Counted from the stretch's first letter, positions 1 to 8,854 are shown. The stretch is 24,000 bases of DNA from Betaproteobacteria bacterium (GCA_018970865.1 JAGWVN010000031.1:6481-30480), one strand, 5' to 3'. Made by a program: numbers and translations. The notes: a model not told the origin generated them from the sequence alone.

Positions 1-206
1 TCGAGGCCACGGTGCGCCTGGCCCGCGAACTGCGCGTGCCGGTGTACGCCTCGGGCGGCGTCGCCGGCCTCGACGATGTCGACCGTCTGTGCGCGATCGA
101 GTCCGAGGGCATCGAAGGCGCCATCCTCGGGCGCGCCCTCTACGAGGGCCGGCTCGAGTTCCGCGCCGCCCAGGCCCGCGCCGACGAGCTCAACGGCGAG
201 CGCTGA
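1..206 (+). CDS. hisA: HisA (ProFAR isomerase), C-terminal fragment; 5' end lies outside the window
   Basis: Frame 3 is open from the window edge to TGA at 204-206. The tail ...[18 protein letters not shown]...[18 protein letters not shown] is the typical C-terminal phosphate-binding end of the HisA/HisF barrel. It sits directly upstream of hisF, as in his operons. Confidence 0.85.
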   Translation, partial: EATVRLARELRVPVYASGGVAGLDDVDRLCAIESEGIEGAILGRALYEGRLEFRAAQARADELNGER

Positions 207-964
<758 letters not shown>

Positions 965-968
<4 letters not shown>

Positions 969-1471
969 GCGGCGCCGTGCCGGGTCCCGCGTCGGCCTCA
1001 GCGCCGGCCTCAGCGCCGGCCCCAGCGGCCTCGCCGTCCCCAGCGCCGGCGTCCGGGGGAGGGGCGCCCGATCCCGCCGGCCTGCTGCGCACCGACTGGA
1101 TCGATCAGGTCCGCTTCGACGCCGCCGGCCTGATCCCGGCCATCGCCCAGGACGCGGTCTCGCAGCGCATCCTGATGGTGGCCTGGATGAACCGCGAATC
1201 CCTGCTCGAGACCGCGCTCACCGGACGCGCGGTGTACTTCTCGCGCTCGCGCGCCCGCCTCTGGCGCAAGGGCGAGGAGTCGGGCCACTTCCAGCGGGTG
1301 AAGGAGCTGCGCCTCGACTGCGACGCGGATGTGGTGCTGCTCAAGGTCGAGCAGCAGGGCGGCATCGCCTGTCACACCGGCCGCGAATCCTGCTTCTTCC
1401 TGCGTCTCACCGATGGCCGCTGGGAGAGCGTCGACCCGGTCATCCGCAACCCCGAGGACATCTACCGGTGA
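965..1471 (+). CDS. hisI: Phosphoribosyl-AMP cyclohydrolase HisI, with a roughly 35-40 aa Ala/Pro/Ser-rich N-terminal extension
   Basis: ATG at 965 overlaps the hisF stop (ATGA). The core [26 protein letters not shown]...[20 protein letters not shown]...[29 protein letters not shown] is classic HisI. The part of the track ORF (575..1471) upstream of 965 lies inside hisF in another frame and was discarded. Confidence 0.9.
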
Positions 1472-1815
1472 ACCCTGCCGAGGTGCTGTCGCGTCTGGCC
1501 GATCTCATCGAGAGCCGGCGCGGCGCCGATCCCGAGCGTTCGTATGTGGCGCGGCTGCTCGCGCGCGCGCCCGACGCCATCCTGAAGAAGATCGGCGAGG
1601 AGGCCACCGAGACCGTGATGGCCGCCAAGGATGGCGATGCCGCGCGCATCGTCGCCGAGACCGCCGACCTCTGGTTCCACTGCCTGGTGATGCTGGCCCA
1701 CTACGGCCTGCGGCCCGAGGATGTGGCCGCCGAACTCGCCCGCCGCGAGGGCCTCTCGGGCCTGGCCGAGAAGGCCGCGCGCGGCGCCGTCCAACCCCCT
1801 GCCCGATCCGACTGA
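1468..1815 (+). CDS. hisE: Phosphoribosyl-ATP pyrophosphatase HisE
   Basis: 115 aa. The GTG start overlaps the hisI stop (GTGA). [12 protein letters not shown]...ERSYVARLL.....[11 protein letters not shown]...AAKDGD....[18 protein letters not shown] is the MazG-like HisE pattern. A separate hisI/hisE pair is typical of betaproteobacteria. Confidence 0.93.
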   Translation: MNPAEVLSRLADLIESRRGADPERSYVARLLARAPDAILKKIGEEATETVMAAKDGDAARIVAETADLWFHCLVMLAHYGLRPEDVAAELARREGLSGLAEKAARGAVQPPARSD

Positions 1816-2174
1816 TGCACAAGCCCGACTGCCTGTTCTGCCGCATCGTGCGCGGCGAGATTCCCGCCCGCAAGGTCTACGAAGACGACGAGATCCTCGC
1901 CTTCCACGATATCCATCCGCAGGCGCCGGTGCACTTCCTGATCATCCCGAAGATCCATGTCGAGAACCTCTACGACGCCGACCTGGCGCACCAGCAGGTG
2001 CTCGGCCGCATGCTCGGCAGGGCCGGCCAGCTCGCCCGCGAGCAGGGCGCCACCGACGGCTTCAGGGTGGTGGTCAACAATGGTCGGGTGGGCAGGCAGG
2101 AGGTGTATCATCTCCACATACATGTGCTTGGCGGCCCGCAGCCGCTCGGTTCGGGCATGAACCGGCAGCCGTGA
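1815..2174 (+). CDS. HIT-family (histidine triad) nucleotide hydrolase
   Basis: ATG at 1815 overlaps the hisE stop (TGATG). [41 protein letters not shown] plus the histidine triad HLHIHVLGG. This is the in-frame sub-ORF of track ORF 1329..2174. Confidence 0.9.
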   Translation: MHKPDCLFCRIVRGEIPARKVYEDDEILAFHDIHPQAPVHFLIIPKIHVENLYDADLAHQQVLGRMLGRAGQLAREQGATDGFRVVVNNGRVGRQEVYHLHIHVLGGPQPLGSGMNRQP

Positions 2175-2235
2175 GCCCTCTCCCCGGAGGGCCGGCCGTC
2201 CGCCCGGCGCCTCGCGCACGCCTCAGGAGTCACCC

Positions 2236-2442
2236 ATGGGAAGCTTGAGCATCTGGCACTGGCTCATCGTGCTGGTCATCATCATGCTGGTCTTCGGCAC
2301 CAAGAAGCTGCGCAACATCGGCTCCGATCTCGGTGGCGCGGTTCGCGGCTTCAAGGAAGGCGTGAAGGAAGGCACCGAGAAGGCTGCCACCGACACCGCC
2401 GCGGCCAAGACCATCGACGTCGACGCCAAGCCCAAGAGCTGA
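2236..2442 (+). CDS. tatA: Twin-arginine translocase subunit TatA
   Basis: 68 aa. [42 protein letters not shown] is the canonical TatA transmembrane helix, hinge and amphipathic helix. A strong SD (AGGAG, 2225-2229) precedes the ATG. Confidence 0.95.
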   Translation: MGSLSIWHWLIVLVIIMLVFGTKKLRNIGSDLGGAVRGFKEGVKEGTEKAATDTAAAKTIDVDAKPKS

Positions 2443-2455
2443 GCACGCGACCGGC

Positions 2456-2478
2456 GTCGCGGCCGCGCCGGCCGCGAC
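2456..2478 (+). promoter_or_regulatory. Perfect 10-bp GC hairpin (GTCGCGGCCG-cgc-CGGCCGCGAC) just downstream of the tatA stop; candidate intercistronic attenuator or mRNA-stabilising stem
   Basis: Read directly: 2456-2465 is the exact reverse complement of 2469-2478, with a 3-nt loop. No U-tract follows, so it is not a classical intrinsic terminator. Confidence 0.35.
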
Positions 2479-2582
2479 ACGCGCGTCCCGCGCGCTCCGC
2501 GCGCCAGCCGCGTCACGCCGCGCGCGCGTCCACAGCCCTGCGCGCACCCCGCATCCCGCGCCTCTCCGCCCTTCGCCCGCCC

Positions 2583-2999
2583 ATGTTCGACATCGGCTTC
2601 TCCGAGATGGTGATCATCGCCGTGGTGGCGCTGGTCGTGCTCGGGCCCGACCGTCTCCCGCGGGTGGCCCGGCAGGCTGGCCAGTGGATGGGCAAGCTCC
2701 AGCGCTATGTCAGCGATGTCAAGTCGGACATCAACCGCCAGATGGAGCTCGACGAGCTGCGTCGCCTCAAGACCGAGGTGACCGACGCCGCCAGCAACCT
2801 GCAGAGCTCGGTGCAGTCGGTGGTCTCCGACGCCCAGACCAGCCTCGACACCCTGTCCGACGCCGCGTCCTCGTCCGCCCAGCCCACCACCGACTGGGAC
2901 AAGATCTACGCCGCGCGGCGCACCCGCGACCGTTTCAAGGATCGCCGCACCGAACGCGCCCGCCTGCTCGGCAAGAAGCTGCCGCCCAAGCGCCGCTGA
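2583..2999 (+). CDS. tatB: Twin-arginine translocase subunit TatB
   Basis: 138 aa. MFDIGFSEMVIIAVVALVVLGPDRLPRVARQAGQWMGKLQRYV is the canonical TatB N-terminus. It lies between tatA and tatC. Confidence 0.93.
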   Translation: MFDIGFSEMVIIAVVALVVLGPDRLPRVARQAGQWMGKLQRYVSDVKSDINRQMELDELRRLKTEVTDAASNLQSSVQSVVSDAQTSLDTLSDAASSSAQPTTDWDKIYAARRTRDRFKDRRTERARLLGKKLPPKRR

Positions 3000-3011
3000 C
3001 CGGAGCCCCCT

Positions 3012-3845
3012 GTGCGTCTGCCCCGTCTGCTGCGTTCCGAGAGCAAGCCCGCCGATCCGGCCCAGGAAGAGAGCTTCATCTCCCACCTGGTCGAGCTGCG
3101 CGACCGGCTCGTCAAGTCGCTGATCGTGGTGCTGGTGCTCTTCGGCGTGTGCTTCTACTTCAGCGGCGACATCATGAAGCTGCTGTCGCAGCCGCTCTAC
3201 CAGTCGCTCCCGGCCGGGCAGAAGCCGATCTTCACCGATCAGGCCGGCGCCTTCTTCACCCTCACCAAGGTCGCCTTCCTCGCGGCGCTGCTGCTCTCGC
3301 TGCCCTGGGTGCTCTATCAGGCCTGGGCCTTCGTGGCGCCGGGCCTCTACGAGCACGAGAAGAAGTTCGCCCTGCCGCTGATCGTCTCCAGCGTGTTCTT
3401 CCTGGTGGTGGGCATCAGCTTCGCCTACTTCTTCGTGCTGCCGGCGGCCTACAAGTTCTTCTACGCATTCGCGGCCGACACCGGCGCCGATGTGATGCAG
3501 GACCTGCAGAAGTACTGGGACTTCACCCTGGCGATCTTCTTCGGCTTCGGTCTGACCTTCGAGGTGCCGGTGGTCGAGATGCTGCTGGTCAAGCTCGGCA
3601 TGGTCACCACCCAGCAGCTCCGGGAGGCGCGCCGCTATGTGGTGGTGGGGGCCTTCGTGGTGGCGGCGGTGCTTACCCCGCCCGATGTGCTCTCGCAGTT
3701 CATGCTCGCGGTGCCGCTGTGCCTGCTCTATGAGCTGGGCATCGTGCTGGCCGGTTTCATCTCCGTGCGCAGCCGCGCGCCCGAGGCGCCGACCGAGGCC
3801 GGCGCCGACACCGCATCGGGCGGTTCACCCGGCGGCAGCGCCTGA
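3012..3845 (+). CDS. tatC: Twin-arginine translocase subunit TatC
   Basis: 277 aa, polytopic. It contains SFISHLVELRDRL, a typical TatC N-terminal motif, and multiple hydrophobic segments. GTG start at 3012 with GGAG at 3002-3005. Confidence 0.93.
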   Translation: MRLPRLLRSESKPADPAQEESFISHLVELRDRLVKSLIVVLVLFGVCFYFSGDIMKLLSQPLYQSLPAGQKPIFTDQAGAFFTLTKVAFLAALLLSLPWVLYQAWAFVAPGLYEHEKKFALPLIVSSVFFLVVGISFAYFFVLPAAYKFFYAFAADTGADVMQDLQKYWDFTLAIFFGFGLTFEVPVVEMLLVKLGMVTTQQLREARRYVVVGAFVVAAVLTPPDVLSQFMLAVPLCLLYELGIVLAGFISVRSRAPEAPTEAGADTASGGSPGGSA

Positions 3846-3864
3846 CCGGGCGCTGACCGGCACG

Positions 3865-3951
3865 GGCCACATCAGCCGCATCGGCCACATCAGCCGCATC
3901 GGGCACATCAGCCGCATCGGGCACATCAGCCGCATCGGTCGCATCGGTCGC
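3865..3951. repeat. Tandem repeat: four 18-bp units (GGSCACATCAGCCGCATC) followed by 9-bp units (GGTCGCATC), with an underlying 9-bp periodicity
   Basis: Read directly: units at 3865-3882, 3883-3900, 3901-3918 and 3919-3936, then GGTCGCATC at 3937-3945 and a partial unit to 3951. The periodic pseudo-translation GHISRIGHISRIGHISRIGHISRIGRIGR in track ORF 3637..4290 confirms it. The repeat lies in the convergent gap between tatC and the protease gene. Confidence 0.95.
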
Positions 3952-3960
3952 CCCAACGGG

Positions 3961-3980
3961 CCCGGCCTGCCTCGGCCGGG
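3961..3980. terminator. Short GC hairpin (CCCGGCC-tgcctc-GGCCGGG) abutting the protease gene stop; possible bidirectional terminator element
   Basis: The 7-bp stem and 6-nt loop are read directly, between two convergent genes. There is no T/A run on either side, so the assignment is weak. Confidence 0.25.
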
Positions 3981-5171
3981 TCACTCGCCCTTCTGGCCTG
4001 GCCGCGGACGCTTGCCCACCGTCACCGGCAGATCGATCTCCCGACCGTCGCGCACGAAGCGGAAGCGGCTCACGCTACCGGGCCTGAGCTGCGAGATGCT
4101 CTCCAGCATGGCGGCGGTGCCGCTGATGGCCGCGCCATCCACCGACACCAGGATGTCACCGACCTTCACGCCGGCCTTGTCGGCCGGCCCGCCGCGCATC
4201 ACGCCGGCGATGATCGCCCCCTGCTGGCGCGGCAGCTTGAAGGCCTCGGCCAGCTCGGGCGTGATGTCCTGCGGCTCGACGCCGATGTAGCCGCGGGTGA
4301 CGCTGCCGCTGGCCACCAGCTGCTCGGTCACCTGCCGCACCGTGCTCACCGGGATGGCGAAGCCGATGCCCAGCGAGCCGCCGCTGCGCGAGTAGATGGC
4401 GGTGTTGATGCCGAGCAGCCGGCCGGCGGAGTCGACCAGCGCCCCGCCGGAGTTGCCGGGGTTGATCGCGGCATCGGTCTGGATGAAGTTCTCGAAGGTG
4501 TTGATGCCGAGCTGGCTGCGACCCAGGGCGCTGATGATGCCCATGGTCACGGTCTGTCCCACGCCGAAGGGGTTGCCCACGGCCAGCACCACATCACCCA
4601 CGCGGGCGGCATCGGCCTGGCCGAATTCGATCGCGGGCAGCTTGTCGAGCGCGATGCGCAGCACCGCGAGATCGGTCTCGGGGTCGCTGCCCACCGCAGT
4701 GGCCCGCGCCCGGCGTCCGTCGGATAGCAGCACCTCGATCTCGTCGGCCGACTCGACGACATGGTGGTTGGTCACCACCAGCCCATCGGCCGAGATGATC
4801 ACGCCCGAGCCGAGGCTGGAGGTCTGCTGGCGCTGCGCGAACTGCTCCCCGAAGAAGCGACGGAACAGCGGATCGTTGAGCAGCGGGTGATCCCTGGGCA
4901 CACGCACCTGCTTGGTGGTGAAGATGTTCACCACCGAGGCGGTGGCCCGGCGCGCCCCCTCGCTGTATGAAAGAATCGCGGCATCGCGGCGAGGCTCGCC
5001 GCGCGCGCCAGCGGCGGTGCCGCCCGCGGCCGCAGCCGGCCCGGCCGAGGGCTGGGGCCCGCGCCCAAGCCGATCCGGCAGCCATTGCGGCTGAAAACTG
5101 GCCACCACGAACACGGCGGCCAGCAGCACCGTGACCGCCTGCGCGAACACCAGCCAGAGACGATGGAGCAT
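3981..5171 (-). CDS. Periplasmic trypsin-like serine endoprotease, DegS/AlgW-like (HtrA family, single PDZ, N-terminal membrane anchor)
   Basis: 396 aa. There is an N-terminal hydrophobic anchor (LWLVFAQAVTVLLAAVFVVASF), a protease core with TNHHVV, DLAVLRI and the catalytic GNSGGALV motif, and one C-terminal PDZ-like region (GAIIAGVMRGGPADKAGVKVGDILVSVDG). Confidence 0.9.
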   Translation of the reverse strand: MLHRLWLVFAQAVTVLLAAVFVVASFQPQWLPDRLGRGPQPSAGPAAAAGGTAAGARGEPRRDAAILSYSEGARRATASVVNIFTTKQVRVPRDHPLLNDPLFRRFFGEQFAQRQQTSSLGSGVIISADGLVVTNHHVVESADEIEVLLSDGRRARATAVGSDPETDLAVLRIALDKLPAIEFGQADAARVGDVVLAVGNPFGVGQTVTMGIISALGRSQLGINTFENFIQTDAAINPGNSGGALVDSAGRLLGINTAIYSRSGGSLGIGFAIPVSTVRQVTEQLVASGSVTRGYIGVEPQDITPELAEAFKLPRQQGAIIAGVMRGGPADKAGVKVGDILVSVDGAAISGTAAMLESISQLRPGSVSRFRFVRDGREIDLPVTVGKRPRPGQKGE

Positions 5172-5214
5172 GCGTGTGGCCAGAGAGCGTGGGAGAGGCG
5201 GGGATCAGGCCGGG

Positions 5215-5961
5215 GTGCCCCGGCAGCGCGTGGCGGACTTCCTGGCGCAATGCCTGAGTCCGGAGCGGTTCACCGATTATTGCCCAAACGGGCTGCAGGT
5301 GGAAGGTTCGCCCCGGGTGGCGGTGGTGGCAAGCGGCGTGACCGCCAGCGCGGCCTTCGTGCGGGCCGCGCGGCGAGCCGGCGCCGACACGCTGCTGGTT
5401 CATCACGGCTGGTTCTGGCGCGGCGATGACCCGCGGGTGATCGGCCCGCAGCGCGAGCGGCTGGCGCTGGTCCTCGGCGGCAACCTCAACCTCTTCGCCT
5501 ATCACCTCCCGCTGGATGTCCACCCCGAGGTGGGCAACAACGCGCAGCTCGGGCTGCGGCTGGGCTGGACGGTGGACGGGCGCTTCGGTTCGGAGGGGCT
5601 GGGCTGCTGGCACCGGCTGGCGCGGCCCCTGGCCGTCACCGACCTCAGCGCCCGGCTGGCGCAGGCGCTGGGCCGCGATCCGCTGGTGCTGGGCCCCACC
5701 CGCCGGGCGCTGCGGCGCGTGGCCTGGTGCACCGGAGCGGCGCAGGATCTGCTGGCGCAGGCCGCCCAGGCCGGCGCCGACGCATTCATCAGCGGCGAGG
5801 TGTCGGAGCGCACCACCCATCTGGCCCGCGAGCTCGGCATCACCTACTTCGCCGCCGGCCACCATGCCACCGAGCGCTATGGCGTTCAGGCCCTGGGCGA
5901 GCGGCTGGCCGCGGCGCTCGGCGTGCGGCACCGGTTCATCGACGATCCCAACCCGGTGTAG
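5215..5961 (+). CDS. NIF3-family dinuclear-metal-centre protein (YbgI-like)
   Basis: YCPNGLQVEG, DTLLVHHG.FW and AYHLPLDVHPEVGNNAQLG, plus the C-terminal FISGEVSE....LARELGITYFAAGHHATERYGVQAL, match the YbgI/NIF3 family. I chose GTG 5215, which has GGAGAGG upstream and gives an N-terminal length comparable to E. coli YbgI. In-frame ATG 5170 or 5131 are alternatives. The stop at 5959-5961 is firm. Confidence 0.85.
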   Translation: MPRQRVADFLAQCLSPERFTDYCPNGLQVEGSPRVAVVASGVTASAAFVRAARRAGADTLLVHHGWFWRGDDPRVIGPQRERLALVLGGNLNLFAYHLPLDVHPEVGNNAQLGLRLGWTVDGRFGSEGLGCWHRLARPLAVTDLSARLAQALGRDPLVLGPTRRALRRVAWCTGAAQDLLAQAAQAGADAFISGEVSERTTHLARELGITYFAAGHHATERYGVQALGERLAAALGVRHRFIDDPNPV

Positions 5962-6055
5962 CGCGGCCCTCCGGGGGTGAACCGGCCCGGCGGCGGCCGC
6001 GAGGCGGGCCCGGGAGGCGCCCGGCGAGGGGCGGCGCCCGCCGCCGCGCAATGAC

Positions 6056-6502
6056 TCAGCCGCGGTGCTTGAGCAGGTCGCGGATCTCGGCGAGCAGCAC
6101 CTCGCTGGCCGGCGGGGGCGGCGGCTCGGCAGGCGCGGCCGGCGCTTCGGCATCGGCCTTCTTCCAGCGGTTCATCGCCTTGACCATCATGAAGATGATG
6201 AACGCGAGGATCAGGAAGTTGACCGCGATGGTGATGAAGTTGCCGTAGGCGAAGACCGGGACGCCGGCCTTCTTCAGGGCGTCGAGGCTCATGGCGGTGC
6301 CGGCCGGAATCTGTCCCAGCGGCACCAGCAGGCTGGAGAAGTCGAGCTTGCCGCCGATGATGGCCGCCACCACCGGCATGATCAGATCGCCCACCACCGA
6401 GTCGACGATCTTGCCGAAGGCGGCGCCGATGATCACCCCCACGGCGAGGTCCATCACATTGCCCTTGATGGCGAATGCCTTGAATTCGGCGACGAGCGAC
6501 AT
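6056..6502 (-). CDS. mscL: Large-conductance mechanosensitive channel MscL
   Basis: 148 aa starting at the internal ATG (6502) of track ORF 6056..6658. [43 protein letters not shown] is the canonical MscL TM1 region. A GGAGG SD is correctly spaced upstream on the minus strand. Confidence 0.95.
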   Translation of the reverse strand: MSLVAEFKAFAIKGNVMDLAVGVIIGAAFGKIVDSVVGDLIMPVVAAIIGGKLDFSSLLVPLGQIPAGTAMSLDALKKAGVPVFAYGNFITIAVNFLILAFIIFMMVKAMNRWKKADAEAPAAPAEPPPPPASEVLLAEIRDLLKHRG

Positions 6503-6642
6503 CTGCGTTCCTCCTGGAGTTTGGGTGTTTTGAAGGCGATCGTGCCGCGCAGCGGGGCCGATCTGCCGGCTCAGGAACTTATCACAGGGCATCCGGGCTG
6601 CTGTACCCCTCTCGAACCGGTCCTGGGACGGCAGTGCGGTTT

Positions 6643-6690
6643 TTCCATTGCGCTGCACAATCGGCTAAACTCGCGTGCTGCCCGATTGTG
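6643..6690 (+). promoter_or_regulatory. Promoter-like TTCCAT-N17-TAAACT overlapped by a perfect 9-bp inverted repeat, CACAATCGG (6656-6664) / CCGATTGTG (6682-6690); candidate petABC promoter/operator
   Basis: Hexamers at 6643-6648 and 6666-6671 have a 17-nt spacer. The inverted repeat was read directly and brackets the -10-like hexamer. It lies in the 307-bp divergent gap between mscL and petA. No transcript mapping is available. Confidence 0.3.
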
Positions 6691-6809
6691 GCGTCGTGTC
6701 GGCGCCATCGCGTTACGGGCTCGGGTCCGACCCGTCTTGATGACGCGCCTGCCCGCGCCGCCGCGTCTCCGCATACTTTCCAGAGCGATCAGCCATCAGG
6801 ATCCCCGTC

Positions 6810-7415
6810 ATGAGCGATTCCTCCCTGTTGCCCGAAGACCCCTCGCGTCGTGCCGCGCTGCTCACCACCTGTTCGGTGGGCGCGGTGGGCGGCGCCGCCG
6901 TGGCCTGGCCTTTCCTGAAGAGCCTCAAGCCCTCCGAGCGCGCCCTTGCGGCCGGCGCCCCGGTCGAGGTCGACATCGCCGGCATGGCGCCGGGCGAGCT
7001 CAAGCGCGTGGAGTGGCGCGGCAAGCCGGTCTGGGTGGTGCGCCGCACCCCCGAGATGCTCGAGACCCTCAAGAAGACCGAGCCGAGCGTGGCCGACCCC
7101 GCGTCGGCGCGCACCGCCTATCCCACGCCCGACTACGCCAAGAACCCGCATCGCTCCATCAAGCCCGAGTATCTGGTGGTGGTGGGCATCTGCTCGCATC
7201 TCGGCTGCTCGCCCTCCGAGAAGTTCACGCCCGGCGCGCAGCCCTCGCTGCCCGACGACTGGGCCGGCGGCTTCCTGTGCCCCTGCCACGGCTCCACCTT
7301 CGATCTCGCCGGTCGGGTGTTCAAGAACAAGCCCGCGCCCGACAACCTCGAGGTGCCGCCGCACACCTACCTGAGCGACACCCGGATCCTCATCGGTGAA
7401 GACAAGAAGGCCTGA
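6810..7415 (+). CDS. petA: Ubiquinol-cytochrome c reductase iron-sulfur (Rieske) subunit
   Basis: 201 aa. Twin-arginine signal (PSRRAALLTT...) and the Rieske 2Fe-2S boxes CSHLGC and CPCHGS. Confidence 0.96.
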   Translation: MSDSSLLPEDPSRRAALLTTCSVGAVGGAAVAWPFLKSLKPSERALAAGAPVEVDIAGMAPGELKRVEWRGKPVWVVRRTPEMLETLKKTEPSVADPASARTAYPTPDYAKNPHRSIKPEYLVVVGICSHLGCSPSEKFTPGAQPSLPDDWAGGFLCPCHGSTFDLAGRVFKNKPAPDNLEVPPHTYLSDTRILIGEDKKA

Positions 7416-7432
7416 GCGAAGGAACGCACATC

Positions 7433-8854
7433 ATGGCAGTCGAAAAGCAACTCCCCCCCAACGCCCCGGCGCTCGACAAGACGCTCGCCTGGGTCGACGC
7501 GCGGTTCCCGCTGACCGCCACCTGGAAGGCGCATCTCTCCGAGTACTACGCGCCCAAGAACTTCAACTTCTGGTACTTCTTCGGCTCGCTGGCCATCCTG
7601 GTGCTGGTCATCCAGATCCTCACCGGCATCTTCCTGGTCATGCACTACAAGCCTGACGCCTCGCTCAACTCGGCGGGCGTGCCGGTGGCCTTCGCCAGCG
7701 TCGAGTACATCATGCGCGATGTGCCCTACGGCTGGCTGGTGCGCTACATGCACTCCACCGGGGCCTCGGCGTTCTTCGTGGTGGTCTACCTGCACATGTT
7801 CCGCGGGCTGCTGTACGGCTCGTACCGCAAGCCGCGCGAACTCGTCTGGATCTTCGGCTGCGCGATCTTCCTGTGCCTGATGGCCGAGGCCTTCATGGGC
7901 TACCTGCTGCCCTGGGGCCAGATGTCGTACTGGGGCGCCCAGGTGATCGTGAACCTGTTCGCGGCCATCCCGTTCATCGGCCCTGATCTGTCGGTCTGGA
8001 TCCGCGGCGACTATGTCGTGAGCGACGCCACGCTCAACCGCTTCTTCTCGTTCCATGTCATCGCGGTGCCGCTGGTGCTGCTCGGCCTGGTGGCGGCGCA
8101 TGTGGTGGCGCTGCACGAGGTGGGCTCCAACAATCCCGACGGCGTCGACATCAAGGCTCGCAAGGATGCCAGCGGCAAGCCGCTGGACGGCATTCCGTTC
8201 CACCCCTACTACACCGTGCACGACATCCTGGGGGTGTCGGTCTTCCTGATCATCTTCTCGGCGGTGGTGTTCTTCTCGCCCGAGCTCGGCGGCTACTTCC
8301 TGGAGTTCAACAACTTCATTCCGGCCGACCCGCTCAAGACCCCGCCCCACATCGCGCCGGTCTGGTACTTCACGCCCTTCTATTCCATCCTGCGGGCCAC
8401 CACCGACGAGTTCCTGCTGTACTGGATGACGCCCTTCCTCATCATCTATTCGCTGATGGTGGTGGTGAGCGCGCGTCGCGCGGTGTTCAAGCTGATCGCG
8501 CCCGCGGTCAGCGCGGCGCTGATCATCGGATTCTTCCTGGCCGACGCCAAGTTCTGGGGCGTGGTGGCCATGGGCGCCTCGGTGGTGATCTTCTTCGCGC
8601 TGCCCTGGCTCGACAACAGCCCGGTGCGCTCCATCCGCTACCGCCCCGGCTGGCACCGCTACATCTACGCGATCTTCGTGGTGGTGTTCATCGTGCTCGG
8701 CTACTTCGGCGTGCTGGCGCCCTCGGCGGCCGGCCAGATCTTCTCGATGATCGGCACGCTGCTGTACTTCGGCTTCTTCCTGCTGATGCCCTGGTGGAGC
8801 GCCATGGGCGAGTTCAAGCCGGTGCCCGATCGGGTCACCTTCGAGGCCCACTGA
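7433..8854 (+). CDS. petB: Cytochrome b of the bc1 complex
   Basis: 473 aa, polytopic. NFWYFFGSL, RYMHSTGASAFFVVVYLHMFRGLLYGSY, LPWGQMSYWGAQVI and PEWYF-like PVWYFTPFYSILR are hallmark cytochrome b sequences. An AAGGAA SD lies upstream. Confidence 0.97.
   Translation: MAVEKQLPPNAPALDKTLAWVDARFPLTATWKAHLSEYYAPKNFNFWYFFGSLAILVLVIQILTGIFLVMHYKPDASLNSAGVPVAFASVEYIMRDVPYGWLVRYMHSTGASAFFVVVYLHMFRGLLYGSYRKPRELVWIFGCAIFLCLMAEAFMGYLLPWGQMSYWGAQVIVNLFAAIPFIGPDLSVWIRGDYVVSDATLNRFFSFHVIAVPLVLLGLVAAHVVALHEVGSNNPDGVDIKARKDASGKPLDGIPFHPYYTVHDILGVSVFLIIFSAVVFFSPELGGYFLEFNNFIPADPLKTPPHIAPVWYFTPFYSILRATTDEFLLYWMTPFLIIYSLMVVVSARRAVFKLIAPAVSAALIIGFFLADAKFWGVVAMGASVVIFFALPWLDNSPVRSIRYRPGWHRYIYAIFVVVFIVLGYFGVLAPSAAGQIFSMIGTLLYFGFFLLMPWWSAMGEFKPVPDRVTFEAH

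Noticed and set aside
3865-3951. Possible CRISPR array
   Set aside because: The units are directly adjacent with no spacers, are only 18 bp long, number just four full copies, and have no cas genes nearby.
3637-4290. ORFs translating the tandem repeat as GHISRI x4 (plus strand), or as DAADVP repeats (3757..3984, minus strand), i.e. a possible repeat protein
   Set aside because: The plus-strand ORF starts inside tatC out of frame and continues antisense into the protease gene. The minus-strand one has no SD and is only the repeat plus its flanks. The periodic peptide is a by-product of an 18-bp (multiple of 3) DNA repeat.
5962-6055. GC-rich nested palindromes (GCGGCC...GGCCGC, GGCGCC...GGCGCC) between the convergent NIF3 and mscL genes, as a bidirectional terminator
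   Set aside because: The stems are short (5-6 bp), have large or irregular loops and no flanking T/A runs. Such pairings are frequent by chance in DNA this GC-rich, so they are not reported as a feature.
4594-6153. 519-aa minus-strand ORF overlapping the protease 5' half, the NIF3 gene and the mscL 3' end
   Set aside because: It is out of frame with, or antisense to, three well-supported genes, and it is low-complexity and Arg/Ala/Pro-rich.
6503-6809. Small ORF (6571..6774, minus strand, 67 aa), or an sRNA, riboswitch or FNR/sigma-54 site in the mscL-petA gap
   Set aside because: The ORF is Arg-rich with no SD. I could find no TTGAT-N4-ATCAA or TGGCAC-N5-TTGC match and no terminator-bounded unit. 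Only the 9-bp inverted repeat was retained as a finding.
6065-7399. 444-aa plus-strand ORF running from mscL antisense through the intergenic region into petA
   Set aside because: It crosses a clearly non-coding 307-bp promoter region and is out of frame with petA. Its shadow composition is rich in Arg/Gly/His.
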